Below, in pieces: positions 50,856-60,744 of a stretch of DNA of 64,000 nt. Origin of the DNA: Planctomycetota bacterium (lineage in GTDB: Bacteria; Planctomycetota; UBA8108; SXIK01); contig OZ244999.1 of assembly GCA_965223265.1 (NCBI GenBank), forward strand, positions 4,416,001-4,480,000, given 5' to 3'. How positions within the stretch are numbered: position 1 is the stretch's first letter; each line of letters begins with the position of its first letter. The translations under genes and the position numbers were made by a program. The notes under the pieces are model-generated. The model had not been told where the DNA came from. It made no database searches and worked only from the letters and a program-made list of their open reading frames with translations.

Positions 50856-50991
50856 CGCGACGAACTATGCGGCTTGATCGCGCGACGACCTTTCACGACT
50901 CTGACGACCTCGGCGAAGGCGTCCGATCTGAACGCAAAGACGTCCTTCTGACTCAGCTTTCCAACCGGCGTCCTGAATTAATTGAGGCCAC

Positions 50992-53544
50992 ATGACTCGT
51001 ACACGAGATCGATTCGAGAATCAGCCAGCGCGCAGTTCGCTCTTCGTCCCCTGGATCCTACTCGCAGCCTTAGTGGTTCCTGGCTGCGGTGGACTGAGTC
51101 AACGATCGCAGGAGTTGTACGAACAAGCTCAGCTCGCCCTCGACAACAAAGATTGGCAGCGAGCGCATCAGCTGCTCTCCGAAGTACTTGAGCAGAATCC
51201 CGAGTTTCCTCCTGCCTACATCGCGCGTGGACAGGCTGAGTTCGGCATGAAGTCGTTCGACAAGGCGGTCGAAGATTTCGACGTAGCCCTGAAGCGCGGC
51301 GGCCTGAGCCCGGACGAACGTTTCGTCGCCCTGACGTTCAAAGGACGCTGTGTCATCGAGAAGGGAAGGGACTTGCGTCGGGACTTGAACGGCATGGAGA
51401 AGGGCGCGCGTTCGAAACTGCTCAAAGAAGTAAGAACGACCTTCGTCCGCGCCAACGCTCTTCTCGTGAAAGCAGTGGAGCTCAAACCGGATGGATACGA
51501 CGCCGTCCTTTGGCGCGCATACTGCTTCGTGCAGGTGGAAAACCACAAACGAGCTCTTGAGCTGCTCCGCACATGCGAGAAGGTCGCGCCGAATCGATGG
51601 GAACATCGATTCGTCAAGGCTCTGGCAACCGAAGGTCTCTACAAGATCAACCCTGAAAGTCTATCTACCTATCTCGAATTGGCGCGTACCGGACGCTCAG
51701 ACGAATACGCCGTCGTGTTCGAGCACCTCATCACGACGTTTCCAAAAGTTGAGCAGGACTCACAGCGGCGCATCTTTCGCTATGTCGAGAACTTCGTCAA
51801 AGCAGTGCCAGGCCACCCGTCGACGCTGGACTCGTTCCTGAATGAGACCCAGGAGCAGATTCTGCGCGAAGAACGTGAGGAGCGGATCCGCAACGGCATC
51901 GCCCGAGCCGAAGCGTTCGCAGAAAATCAAAAGTATCAAAACGCGATCGAACTTCTTGAGACACTCATGGCCAAAGAAGGGGACTCGGAAGTTGCAGCTC
52001 AGTCTCTGCAGGACGTTCGGGAACGCTGGTCTCTGTCCCTCGAGGCGCGGGCGGTCACCCGTTCGACGTCGGACGACAAAGAGCAGCTACGAGCTGCGCT
52101 CGAAGACTACCAGATGGCACAACGCTTGACGAAAAAGGTCGACCGTCTCGGGACACTTCAGCAGAAGATCAATGCTGTCACGCTCGTCCTAACGCGCCGG
52201 GAGACGGCACTGAAGCTTGAACGCAGTTTCGAGCAGCTCAAGAAGGAACTGTTCGCCGAAGCGCTCGCAGAGCTCCGTGGAATCTCTCTCGATGATCTCA
52301 CGCCGGAGGATACGGATCTCTACCACTACCTGCGAGGCGTGGCCAGCTACCACCTGGGTCACTGGAAAGTGGCGGCGAAATCCCTCGAGCAGATCGTGCA
52401 CCGCGACTACCCGAACATTGATACTCTCCAGGGAATGGCGCTCATGAAAGGAGACGACGCCGAAGCCGGCGCTCGCATACTCATCAACGTTCCCGCAGAA
52501 CGTCGAACTGACGAAGTCCATCGCAGTCTTGCTGAATACTTCCTCAAAGGTAACGACCTTGAGAAGGCCATTGGCTACCTAGGAGCCATCAAGAAGAAGA
52601 CGAACGCGGACTTCGAAGCAGAGCTCGAAGCACGTGAGACGCTCGGACGTCAATTCTTCGAAGACCATAGGTACGATGCCGCGAGAGATCACCTCGTCGC
52701 CGCAAAGAACCTCCTGGAGCAGAAGCTGGACCGCAAAGCCCCCGACGTTTACCTCTATCTTGGGCATAGCTACTTTCATAGCGAGGACTTCGAACGAGCA
52801 AAGAAAGCGTACACGGACCTCAGCAGCTCGCGGCTGACCGAGGCGGAAAGAACTCGCTGTCGCGAACTCTACCTTCAACGTGCCAAGATCTACCTGCAGG
52901 AACGACTCCCTGACCTTGCCTACGAAGATTTGTCGACGTTCGAAAGACTGGGCGGCGAGTTTGCGGACGAAAGTCTCGTTCGAAAGTATTCCTGGCTAGT
53001 TGCCACGTACGCCGACTATATGCCACTGACCAAAATCCACTACTGGACCTACGTCAACGTAACGACCGGCAAAAGCTCGCGCCTGTCCGTCGGGAATCAA
53101 GTGGACGGCGTGTACAAGATTGAGCGACACGAAGATCACATGACGACCGAGGAGTCGTGGGCGAAAGAAGGGACGACTCTCATCAGAAAGCTTGGGGGCG
53201 ACATTTGGCGTCTGCCGATCAATCTGGAGCCGGCGACGGACACCTTTCCGAGCCACGAGTATCGCGCCGACGAAGGAAGAGTGAAGATCGAATACAAGTC
53301 GGAGATTCAGTCGAACGGGGAAGTGGTCGAGCTCGCTGACGGCAGGACGCTTCGAAACTGCATCAAGGTGCAGCTCAAAAAGACGCGCTCCGAGCCTGGC
53401 AAGGCGGTCTCGTTTCTCGTCTACGTGTTCTACTTCGCACCCGACGTTGGCGAGGTGAAGCGCGAGGTACTTCTCGACGGAGAGAAAGTCTCCGAGGTCG
53501 TGCTCTCAAGTTGGGCGTACCGCAGCGACACGCTGGGCAATTAA
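50992..53544 (+). CDS. TPR-repeat lipoprotein with a C-terminal beta-rich domain
   Basis: Lipobox-like VPGC; many TPR helices; C-terminal ...CIKVQ...YFAPDVGEVK. Confidence 0.75.
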   Translation: MTRTRDRFENQPARSSLFVPWILLAALVVPGCGGLSQRSQELYEQAQLALDNKDWQRAHQLLSEVLEQNPEFPPAYIARGQAEFGMKSFDKAVEDFDVALKRGGLSPDERFVALTFKGRCVIEKGRDLRRDLNGMEKGARSKLLKEVRTTFVRANALLVKAVELKPDGYDAVLWRAYCFVQVENHKRALELLRTCEKVAPNRWEHRFVKALATEGLYKINPESLSTYLELARTGRSDEYAVVFEHLITTFPKVEQDSQRRIFRYVENFVKAVPGHPSTLDSFLNETQEQILREEREERIRNGIARAEAFAENQKYQNAIELLETLMAKEGDSEVAAQSLQDVRERWSLSLEARAVTRSTSDDKEQLRAALEDYQMAQRLTKKVDRLGTLQQKINAVTLVLTRRETALKLERSFEQLKKELFAEALAELRGISLDDLTPEDTDLYHYLRGVASYHLGHWKVAAKSLEQIVHRDYPNIDTLQGMALMKGDDAEAGARILINVPAERRTDEVHRSLAEYFLKGNDLEKAIGYLGAIKKKTNADFEAELEARETLGRQFFEDHRYDAARDHLVAAKNLLEQKLDRKAPDVYLYLGHSYFHSEDFERAKKAYTDLSSSRLTEAERTRCRELYLQRAKIYLQERLPDLAYEDLSTFERLGGEFADESLVRKYSWLVATYADYMPLTKIHYWTYVNVTTGKSSRLSVGNQVDGVYKIERHEDHMTTEESWAKEGTTLIRKLGGDIWRLPINLEPATDTFPSHEYRADEGRVKIEYKSEIQSNGEVVELADGRTLRNCIKVQLKKTRSEPGKAVSFLVYVFYFAPDVGEVKREVLLDGEKVSEVVLSSWAYRSDTLGN

Positions 53545-53612
53545 TTGACCACGTAGACGGCGTCGCGTCCGCGCACACAGGGTCAGTGGCCTCGAGTCCG
53601 ACCAGACCGTTG

Positions 53613-55664
53613 TCAGTTGCCGACGGCGTGCCGCTTGCTCGAACGCAATCGGACGATGCCGGCGCGACTCGTCGCGTTTCCCTTGTCGAGGTACTTCAGC
53701 ACAAACTGAAACTGCCGCAAGGCGTCGAGTCCGCGCCCCTCCTGTTCGTAGAGATAGCCGAGCAGGTTCCGGACACCGACCTCATGTTCCTTGAGGCCGC
53801 TCTCGCGGTAAGTGACGAGCTCGCCAAGTTCCGACGAGAGAAGGTCGATCGCGCCCGCATGGTCCTTCAGTAATGACCGTATGCGAGCAGCGCTCAACAA
53901 GTAGTCGAATTTATGTTGACGGTATGCTTTGCGGATCTGGACGACGGAGCGGTTGTGGGTACGGCGGTCGAATGCGAGCTCTCCACTGAGTGGTAGGTCC
54001 TCAAGCGTCATCGTTACCAGATGCCCACGTCGATCCCCGAGCGCGGCGAGAGCCTTCTCGTACGCCTCGAGAGAACGTTTCAGTAGGGTCTCCCGCTCGG
54101 TGCTCGTGAGACTGAAGTCGCCCGTCGCGACCTGAAGCGCCAACTCGGCGAAACCAAGCGTCCCTTGGAGTTGGCCAGCCTCGTGGAGTATGCTCGCTTC
54201 ATACGCTGCCAGCGCCTTTCGCTGATCGCCCAGACGGCGATGACAATGCCCTTCGTATAGGTGAAGCCAAAACCGGTCAGATGTTTCGACCCCTGGTCGC
54301 GTATGGTAATTCGTCGCCTGGAGAATCGTCAGCGCCGTTTCCGCGTCGTTCTTCTCCACGATGTGAATCATAGCCAAACAAATGTGCGCACGCAGGAATA
54401 ACGGGTCGACACTTCGGGCCTGCTCGAGTCGCTCCAAAGCGTAGTCCACATCTCGCTCACCGTAAGCGCGCGACGCCTCCTCCCAAAGCTGCGTGGCCTT
54501 CTCGCGCTCAGGTGTCATCTCCTTGCGGTCGGCGAGGATCTTGTAGCTGAACTGCCGTATCCGCTCCTCGTTCTCGGTCCACCAGTTCCACCAGCGTGAG
54601 ATCGCTTGCCGCCTAGCCTCAGGAGCGCCGTCCGGTCGAAAGCGGAACGTCTGATCAGTGAACTCGCGTAGCAGGCCGATCGCCATACGCCGCGCCGGCT
54701 CTGCAAGCTCAAGCGCTTCGATGATCGTCGGCAATCCCAAGAGGATCTGGTTCTTGCAGAGAGCAACCGCACTCGCGAATTGTGTTCGCCCTGCGCTCTG
54801 ATTGTAGATGTCTACGAGCTCTCGATTGCGCTGAGTCCGCCGGAGAAAGTCGATCGAATAACCTCTGACAACGTCGTCCTGCTGTTCGCTGAGGGCGAGG
54901 TGCACAGCCAAAGGCACGACCTCGTCGGCGAAACGAAAAAAGAGGAAAACGAGGAGATTCCGCTTCTCCTCGCTCGTTCCATTCGTCAGCACGTCGAAGA
55001 CCTGCGTGTCGTAAGCTTCGATCTTCGGATCAGTGACTCTCTTCAGCTCGTAGGTGCGAGCGACCCCCTCGAACGCGGCCTTTGCCTCAGCTGAAACCGC
55101 CTCGTCCGCCAACGCGGCCCTGACTCTATCGATGGCAAAGATGCCCCACTTGCTTAGGAACTGCACGTCCGTCGCTGTTGAGGCCTGCCCTGGCTCAGCG
55201 TCGATCACGCGCTGCAGAGATGCATCGATCGACCGAGCGAGCTCCACCGTGTAGAGCTTGTCGTGGCTCTCCACAGTCTGTCCGGCAAGAATGATGTCAC
55301 TCACCTCTGCCCGTGGGATGACGACGCGAGCGCCTCCCGCGAGCGTGACGCGGATCTGCTGGCCCCCGGCAAGCTCTTCAACCTTGCCGTTGATGCGAAA
55401 CCCGTCGGCATTGATCACAGCGTCAGTCTTGGCGACTTCGCGAGCAACGCGCCCTTGATCCAAATCAACGCTTACAATATCGCGCCTACGGATGACCTTA
55501 CTGCCGCCGCGACAGCGCATCTCAAGCTGCGACCCGCCAAGTTCAACAAGGTCGCCCTCGAGGCGAGTGCCGTCGCTCAGCTCAATTCGATCGGCACCGA
55601 GTGATAGAGACGAGAGGAGAGCGGCGCAGACGAGCGCCGAGAAGACGGTTAGATTTCGTGTCAT
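53613..55664 (-). CDS. Secreted HEAT/TPR protein with two N-terminal DxIxLxxG-type beta modules
   Basis: Start ATG 55664 with a signal peptide ending ...SLSLGA; DRIELSDGTRLEG and DAVINADGFRING modules; R..AI..W..WW HEAT cap; TPR repeats. Confidence 0.72.
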   Translation of the reverse strand: MTRNLTVFSALVCAALLSSLSLGADRIELSDGTRLEGDLVELGGSQLEMRCRGGSKVIRRRDIVSVDLDQGRVAREVAKTDAVINADGFRINGKVEELAGGQQIRVTLAGGARVVIPRAEVSDIILAGQTVESHDKLYTVELARSIDASLQRVIDAEPGQASTATDVQFLSKWGIFAIDRVRAALADEAVSAEAKAAFEGVARTYELKRVTDPKIEAYDTQVFDVLTNGTSEEKRNLLVFLFFRFADEVVPLAVHLALSEQQDDVVRGYSIDFLRRTQRNRELVDIYNQSAGRTQFASAVALCKNQILLGLPTIIEALELAEPARRMAIGLLREFTDQTFRFRPDGAPEARRQAISRWWNWWTENEERIRQFSYKILADRKEMTPEREKATQLWEEASRAYGERDVDYALERLEQARSVDPLFLRAHICLAMIHIVEKNDAETALTILQATNYHTRPGVETSDRFWLHLYEGHCHRRLGDQRKALAAYEASILHEAGQLQGTLGFAELALQVATGDFSLTSTERETLLKRSLEAYEKALAALGDRRGHLVTMTLEDLPLSGELAFDRRTHNRSVVQIRKAYRQHKFDYLLSAARIRSLLKDHAGAIDLLSSELGELVTYRESGLKEHEVGVRNLLGYLYEQEGRGLDALRQFQFVLKYLDKGNATSRAGIVRLRSSKRHAVGN

Positions 55665-56014
55665 TGTCGGTTTCCACGAACGATCGACTTGGGAGGAAAG
55701 TTCGAGCGAGGAATGGGAACCGGTCGCGCTGCACTCATGCAACGGAACGCAACAGAAGTACAAAACTTTGGAGGCGACCGTTTCGGTCCCGACGCGGCGT
55801 CGCTCCGCGGGGCGCGGGTTGGTGGGTTCACAGAACGATTATAGATCATCCCACAAACCGAGCCAACCCCTGCTCTTGTTTCGCTGCAATCACCACAGTA
55901 TCCTGATCTCGGCGTAGGTTCGTGGCGCCGGTCTTGGCCATAGCCTTGGAAACGACGCGCCACCCCCTTCCAAGATCTTGATCGACAATCACTTGCGGAA
56001 TACCCCAACTCCGA

Positions 56015-57028
56015 ATGAGACCACAAGCGACACAGCAGCAGAAAACGACATCTGGCAGATCCAAGTCCGTCGCCGAGCTCAAGAAAGGGGATCGAGTCCG
56101 CGGTGACGTGTTCATGATCGAGACCGCAAACTTTAAGCAAACTCGCGATGGGAAATTCTTCGTCCAGATGACGCTACGGGACAAGACCGCGTCCGTGCGG
56201 GCGATCCGCTGGGAGGCAAGTCGCGACCTCTATGCCTCCATATCTAACGCCCAGTTCCTACGCCTCGACGGACGTGTCGAGGAATTCCAGCAAAACCTTC
56301 AAATCATCGTTGACCGCCTTGACGTCGTCGACCCGCACGAGGTCAAGTTCGATGAATTCCTCCCGGTTTCGGTGCGCGACCCACTCGAGATGGAGAGAGA
56401 GCTACTCGAGCACATCGCCACGGTAAAACAGGACGATATCCGCCGTCTTCTCGTCGCGTTCGTCGAAGACCCAGAGATTCGCGAAGGTCTGCTGCGCTGC
56501 CCAGCCGGCAAAACCCTTCACCACGCGTACGTGGGCGGACTGCTGGAGCACATCCTCTCGCTGGTGAACGCAGCGAAGTTGGTGACGAAGAACTACCCGC
56601 GACTCGATCGCGACGTGCTCGTCGCGGCAGCTGTGCTGCACGACATAGGCAAGATTCGCGAGCTGACGTTCACGAGCGCGTTTGGCTACTCCGACGTTGG
56701 CCAGCTCGTCGGCCATGTCGGGCTGGCACTGCAGATGCTGCAGGAGAAAATCGCGAAACTTGAGTCGTTCCCGGAGCCAATGCGTATTCACCTCGAACAC
56801 ATCATTGCCAGCCATCACGGCCAACTTGAGCACGGAGCGCTCAAAGTCCCGATGACTGCCGAAGCCATCGCGTTCCATTTCCTCGACAACCTTGACTCGA
56901 AGATGGCAATGATCGAAGACATGTCGAACGAGATAGCCGCGGGGTCGGGTACACGGCCAGGCAGCGGACAGTGGACTGAGTTCAAGCCGGCGCTCAGCCG
57001 GAGAGTCTTCTTCCCCGGCGACGTCTGA
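56015..57028 (+). CDS. YhaM/Cbf1-like OB-fold + HD-domain 3'-5' exoribonuclease
   Basis: N-terminal OB fold (L.D.T..V.A..W); HHAYVGGLLEH, LHDIGK, SHHG and DNLD motifs. Confidence 0.9.
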   Translation: MRPQATQQQKTTSGRSKSVAELKKGDRVRGDVFMIETANFKQTRDGKFFVQMTLRDKTASVRAIRWEASRDLYASISNAQFLRLDGRVEEFQQNLQIIVDRLDVVDPHEVKFDEFLPVSVRDPLEMERELLEHIATVKQDDIRRLLVAFVEDPEIREGLLRCPAGKTLHHAYVGGLLEHILSLVNAAKLVTKNYPRLDRDVLVAAAVLHDIGKIRELTFTSAFGYSDVGQLVGHVGLALQMLQEKIAKLESFPEPMRIHLEHIIASHHGQLEHGALKVPMTAEAIAFHFLDNLDSKMAMIEDMSNEIAAGSGTRPGSGQWTEFKPALSRRVFFPGDV

Positions 57029-57075
57029 GTCCCCAGGCCATCGCCAGGCCACCGACCAATCCTATCGGAGGGTGT

Positions 57076-57942
57076 ATGTTTCACGGTTCATACGTCGCTC
57101 TCGTGACGCCACTTCGTGACGGTCGCATTGATCTAGAGAAAGTGGACGAACTCGTCGACTGGCACGTCGAACAGGGCACCGACGGCATCGTCCCGTGCGG
57201 CACCACGGGCGAGTCAGCAACCTTCAGTCACGAGGAGCACGAACTTCTCATCCGCCGCGTCGTCGAGCGCACTGGTGGCCGCGTCGCCGTGCTGGCGGGA
57301 ACCGGCTCGAACAGCACCGCCGAAGCGATTCGCTTGACTCGGTTTGCTCAGGACGTCGGCGCAGATGGCGCGCTTCTGATCACGCCGTACTACAACAAGC
57401 CGACGCAATCAGGTCTTGTCCGCCACTTTGAAGCGGTAGCTCGCGAAGTCTCCCTGCCGCTCGTGCTCTACAACGTACCGTCGCGCACCGGCGTCAACAT
57501 GATGCCGCCAGCTGTCTTGGAGTGCGCGCGCATTCCTAACGTCGTTGGTATCAAAGAGGCCAGCGGCTCGCTCGATCAGACGTCGGAAATCATCCGTGGC
57601 TCCGAGCTGAGCGTACTGTCTGGCGACGACTCACTCACTCTCGGCCTCATGTCGATTGGCGCAAAGGGCGTGATCTCTGTCGCAGCCAACGTCGCTCCGG
57701 CGGCGGTAGCGGAAATGACACGGCTCGCACTCGACGGCGACTTCGACGCAGCCCGTCAGCGACATCTGGAGCTCTATCCACTGTTTCAAGCGATGTTTCT
57801 TGAGACAAACCCGATTCCGGTCAAGGCCGCGATGGCGCTTCAATCCCGTATCGCGAACGAACTACGTCTCCCCATGACGCAGTTGTCAGAGGGCTATGTC
57901 GAGAAGCTGCGCCAAGTGCTGCTCGAGCTGGACCTGCTGTAG
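57076..57942 (+). CDS. dapA: 4-hydroxy-tetrahydrodipicolinate synthase
   Basis: ALVTP, GTTGES, PYYNKP, YNVPSRTG, IKEAS and ETNPIPVK motifs. Confidence 0.97.
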   Translation: MFHGSYVALVTPLRDGRIDLEKVDELVDWHVEQGTDGIVPCGTTGESATFSHEEHELLIRRVVERTGGRVAVLAGTGSNSTAEAIRLTRFAQDVGADGALLITPYYNKPTQSGLVRHFEAVAREVSLPLVLYNVPSRTGVNMMPPAVLECARIPNVVGIKEASGSLDQTSEIIRGSELSVLSGDDSLTLGLMSIGAKGVISVAANVAPAAVAEMTRLALDGDFDAARQRHLELYPLFQAMFLETNPIPVKAAMALQSRIANELRLPMTQLSEGYVEKLRQVLLELDLL

Positions 57943-57950
57943 CCTCGAGT

Positions 57951-58218
57951 TTGGCATTTCGTGCCGGCCTCACCGGACGAGTTTCGCTGGGATTCAAAGG
58001 CCCTTTCGACTTTTTGCACCCTGAGAACCCTTGTTCAAAAACTCCTGTCCGGCCCTTCGGGGAATGCCAATACGCAGGAACTTGTTCGATGGAACCATCG
58101 TCGCCACACGGCGGGCTTCTTTTGCGTAGATTCCCTTCCCAAGTTGGACGGATGGGTTTTCAGCGGCCTGTTAGCGTAGCGGCTCGCCTGAAAAACTCAT
58201 TCGGCCGAGAAACTGGCC
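57951..58218 (+). other. Highly base-paired intergenic region between convergent dapA and glmM (structured 3' UTR or sRNA candidate)
   Basis: Three consecutive stem domains at 57951-58070, 58071-58128 and 58149-58203; G.U pairs favour the + strand. Confidence 0.4.
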
Positions 58219-58221
58219 TCT

Positions 58222-59625
58222 TCAGTACTGCCGACGGCTCGCTTCGATCGCAGCACAAATCTCGTCCGCGCTACTCTGCGTCGACTCATGGTTCGGGCCT
58301 TCGACCATAACGCGCGCCAGCGGCTCGGTGCCCGAATACCTCAAGACCACCCGCCCCTCGGCTCCGAGGCGCTCCTCGACACGCTGGACAGCCTCAAGCA
58401 CACCGGCAAGCTCAGCGAATGGCACCTTCTCGTCCACTTCGACATTCTGAATGAGCTGGGGAAATCGGCGCATGATCGCGCTCTCAGCATCCAGATCTAG
58501 ATCGTCTGTCTGCAGCACATCCAGCAGACGGATCCCGGACAAGATGCCATCGCCGGTCGGTGCATCGTCGAGGAAAATAGTGTGCCCAGACTGCTCGCCA
58601 CCGATCGGGTGACCACCGGCGACCATGGCATCGTAGACGTTTCTATCACCCACGTCAGTCCGCAGGAGCTGCAGCTGCTGATCCCGAAGGGCCAGCTCAA
58701 GCCCAATGTTCGACATGGACGTTGCGACCAGCGTCTTCGTCGGGAGCCTACCGTTCGCAAGAAAGTAGCGCGCCGCCAGAGCGATCACAAAGTCGCCGTC
58801 GAGCACCTGTCCCGTTTTCGTGATCGGGATCATGCGGTCTCCATCGCCATCGAAACAGAGCCCAATCGTCGCTCCACCGCCTTCACCGGTGAGCCTCTCT
58901 GCCAGCGCTTCTGGATGCGTGGCTCCGGTGCCGGCGTTGATGTTGAACCCGTCGGGTGCGTCCCCGATGACGTCCACGACCATACCGAGGCGACGGAAAA
59001 CCTCGGGCGCAACGCGGTACGTCGCTCCGTTCGCGGTGTCGAGCGCAATGCGGCGTCCGCGCAGACGACTCGGATTCCAGCACGAAGCGACCAAGTGATC
59101 GACATAATCGGCCCGGCCCTGAGCTGCACGATCTTCCGGATCACTAGTCGCGCGCACTTCCACAGCGTCGACACGGGCAAACGCCTCTTCAACCGCACGC
59201 TCAAACTCTGGGGAAACCTTGGCACCGACCGGCGAAAAGAACTTAACCCCGTTGTCAGCAGCGGGATTATGAGAAGCCGAAAGTACAATCCCAAGTGCTG
59301 CGTCCTGCGCACGACTTGCCAGATGGGCGACGCCCGGGGTCGGAAGCACACCGACGTCCACGACGCCGAATCCCCGCGCACCCAAGGTCTGTGCGATGAG
59401 CTTGAGAAGATGCGGCCCCGAGTCCCGCGTGTCTCTGCCGACGAGCACACGGCTCCCAACGCGCCCAACTGGAAAATCGACTGGAAAGTTCTCCGGCTGA
59501 CTGAGCACCCGTGCGGTGGCTTCCAGGATTCTCCGGACGCTGTCATCCGCAAGAAGGCCTTGGCCGGCCTTGTCGCGCACCCCGTCGGTGCCAAAAAGGC
59601 GCCGATCATCACCCATAGGACTCAC
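58222..59625 (-). CDS. glmM: Phosphoglucosamine mutase
   Basis: FGTDGVR, SASHNP, DGDGDR, GGEQSGH and RYSGTEP motifs. Confidence 0.95.
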   Translation of the reverse strand: MSPMGDDRRLFGTDGVRDKAGQGLLADDSVRRILEATARVLSQPENFPVDFPVGRVGSRVLVGRDTRDSGPHLLKLIAQTLGARGFGVVDVGVLPTPGVAHLASRAQDAALGIVLSASHNPAADNGVKFFSPVGAKVSPEFERAVEEAFARVDAVEVRATSDPEDRAAQGRADYVDHLVASCWNPSRLRGRRIALDTANGATYRVAPEVFRRLGMVVDVIGDAPDGFNINAGTGATHPEALAERLTGEGGGATIGLCFDGDGDRMIPITKTGQVLDGDFVIALAARYFLANGRLPTKTLVATSMSNIGLELALRDQQLQLLRTDVGDRNVYDAMVAGGHPIGGEQSGHTIFLDDAPTGDGILSGIRLLDVLQTDDLDLDAESAIMRRFPQLIQNVEVDEKVPFAELAGVLEAVQRVEERLGAEGRVVLRYSGTEPLARVMVEGPNHESTQSSADEICAAIEASRRQY

Positions 59626-59670
59626 TCCTCGCTGGATTGGACAGACCGCGCCGCATGACCCCTTCCGCGT

Positions 59671-60744
59671 TTACTCTTGGCACGGTTTGATGACGTAGTA
59701 CCACGGGCCTGGATCACTAGCATCCGCCTGCACGCGAACAAGCGGCCAGCGTGGAACGATTAAGGAGGAAGACGTGAAGGTCCCAGAAGTCTCTTCGCCC
59801 GAGCCGGTCGGAAGTGAGTCCGCTTCGATCGCGAAGTTCACCGACACCTGAGAATTCTCTTTTGCAAGCTCCTCCTCGAGGCGCTCAATGTCGTCCTGAG
59901 GTCCGACCAACACAACGGCCACGCGGTCTGGACACTCAATACTCAGGGGCTCAGTGAATGGAGGAATGCGCAGCGTCAACGGCATCACGCGCTCGATACT
60001 CTTCTCGCTGAGTTTGAGAGAGACGTGGACATCCACCTTCAGAGGATCAACTTTCACGACATCCAAAGCGGCTTGATCGACGTTGGGATCAAGCGAAAAC
60101 ACTCGAACCGCGACCGTACCGTCATATTTTAGCTCACGCAGATCGGAATCGGTCAGCTCGGTGTCAATACTGATCTGCAGCGACGAGATAATCGAATTCG
60201 GCGCCTGCACAGTGACCTCGCCTGGATCGACGCGCTTTAGGTCAGCCTCATATGGCGCTCGCAGGGACACTTCAAGTCCGCTCGCGATGTTCGTGAAAGT
60301 TCTGGTCGCCCATTCGTCTTGCACCACTCTCACAGACTCCGGGCGGATGGAGCGAATCGTGACTCCCTTCTGAGGAAATCCGAAGTCCTCCTGCTTGAAG
60401 TGGTAGATCTCTTCGTCAGGCGGGATGTCGATCACGAACCGAGGCGAGTCCGTGTCGTAGCGGCGCCGCAGTTCTTCGATCTGTTTGCGGGGACCTGATA
60501 GCGTCACACTCAACCGGCCGTCAAAACGCGGTTCGGTGCCACCCTCGAATTGGGACGCGGGTACGGCCTGCCGGATGATGACATGACGTTCGCTATCTTG
60601 CGGCCGCAGGTCGACTGTCAGCCCCGCCGGATGCTCCTGCTTTTCCGATTGAAACGCTACAAACCAGATCGCCACGGCGAAGAAGAACGCGACGCCCTTG
60701 TTGCGCCAGTCACCGAGGAACATGATGCGCAGGAGGTTCTTCAT
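59671..60744 (-). CDS. CdaR/YbbR-like regulator of diadenylate cyclase
   Basis: N-terminal DW.NK..AFFFAVAIW TM; V.LSGP and V.LVGP YbbR-like repeats; position between cdaA and glmM, with a TGATG overlap. Confidence 0.75.
   Translation of the reverse strand: MKNLLRIMFLGDWRNKGVAFFFAVAIWFVAFQSEKQEHPAGLTVDLRPQDSERHVIIRQAVPASQFEGGTEPRFDGRLSVTLSGPRKQIEELRRRYDTDSPRFVIDIPPDEEIYHFKQEDFGFPQKGVTIRSIRPESVRVVQDEWATRTFTNIASGLEVSLRAPYEADLKRVDPGEVTVQAPNSIISSLQISIDTELTDSDLRELKYDGTVAVRVFSLDPNVDQAALDVVKVDPLKVDVHVSLKLSEKSIERVMPLTLRIPPFTEPLSIECPDRVAVVLVGPQDDIERLEEELAKENSQVSVNFAIEADSLPTGSGEETSGTFTSSSLIVPRWPLVRVQADASDPGPWYYVIKPCQE

Noticed and set aside
57973-57990. Hammerhead ribozyme (CGAAAC...GTC on the minus strand)
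   Set aside because: There is no CTGANGA core and no room for stem III.
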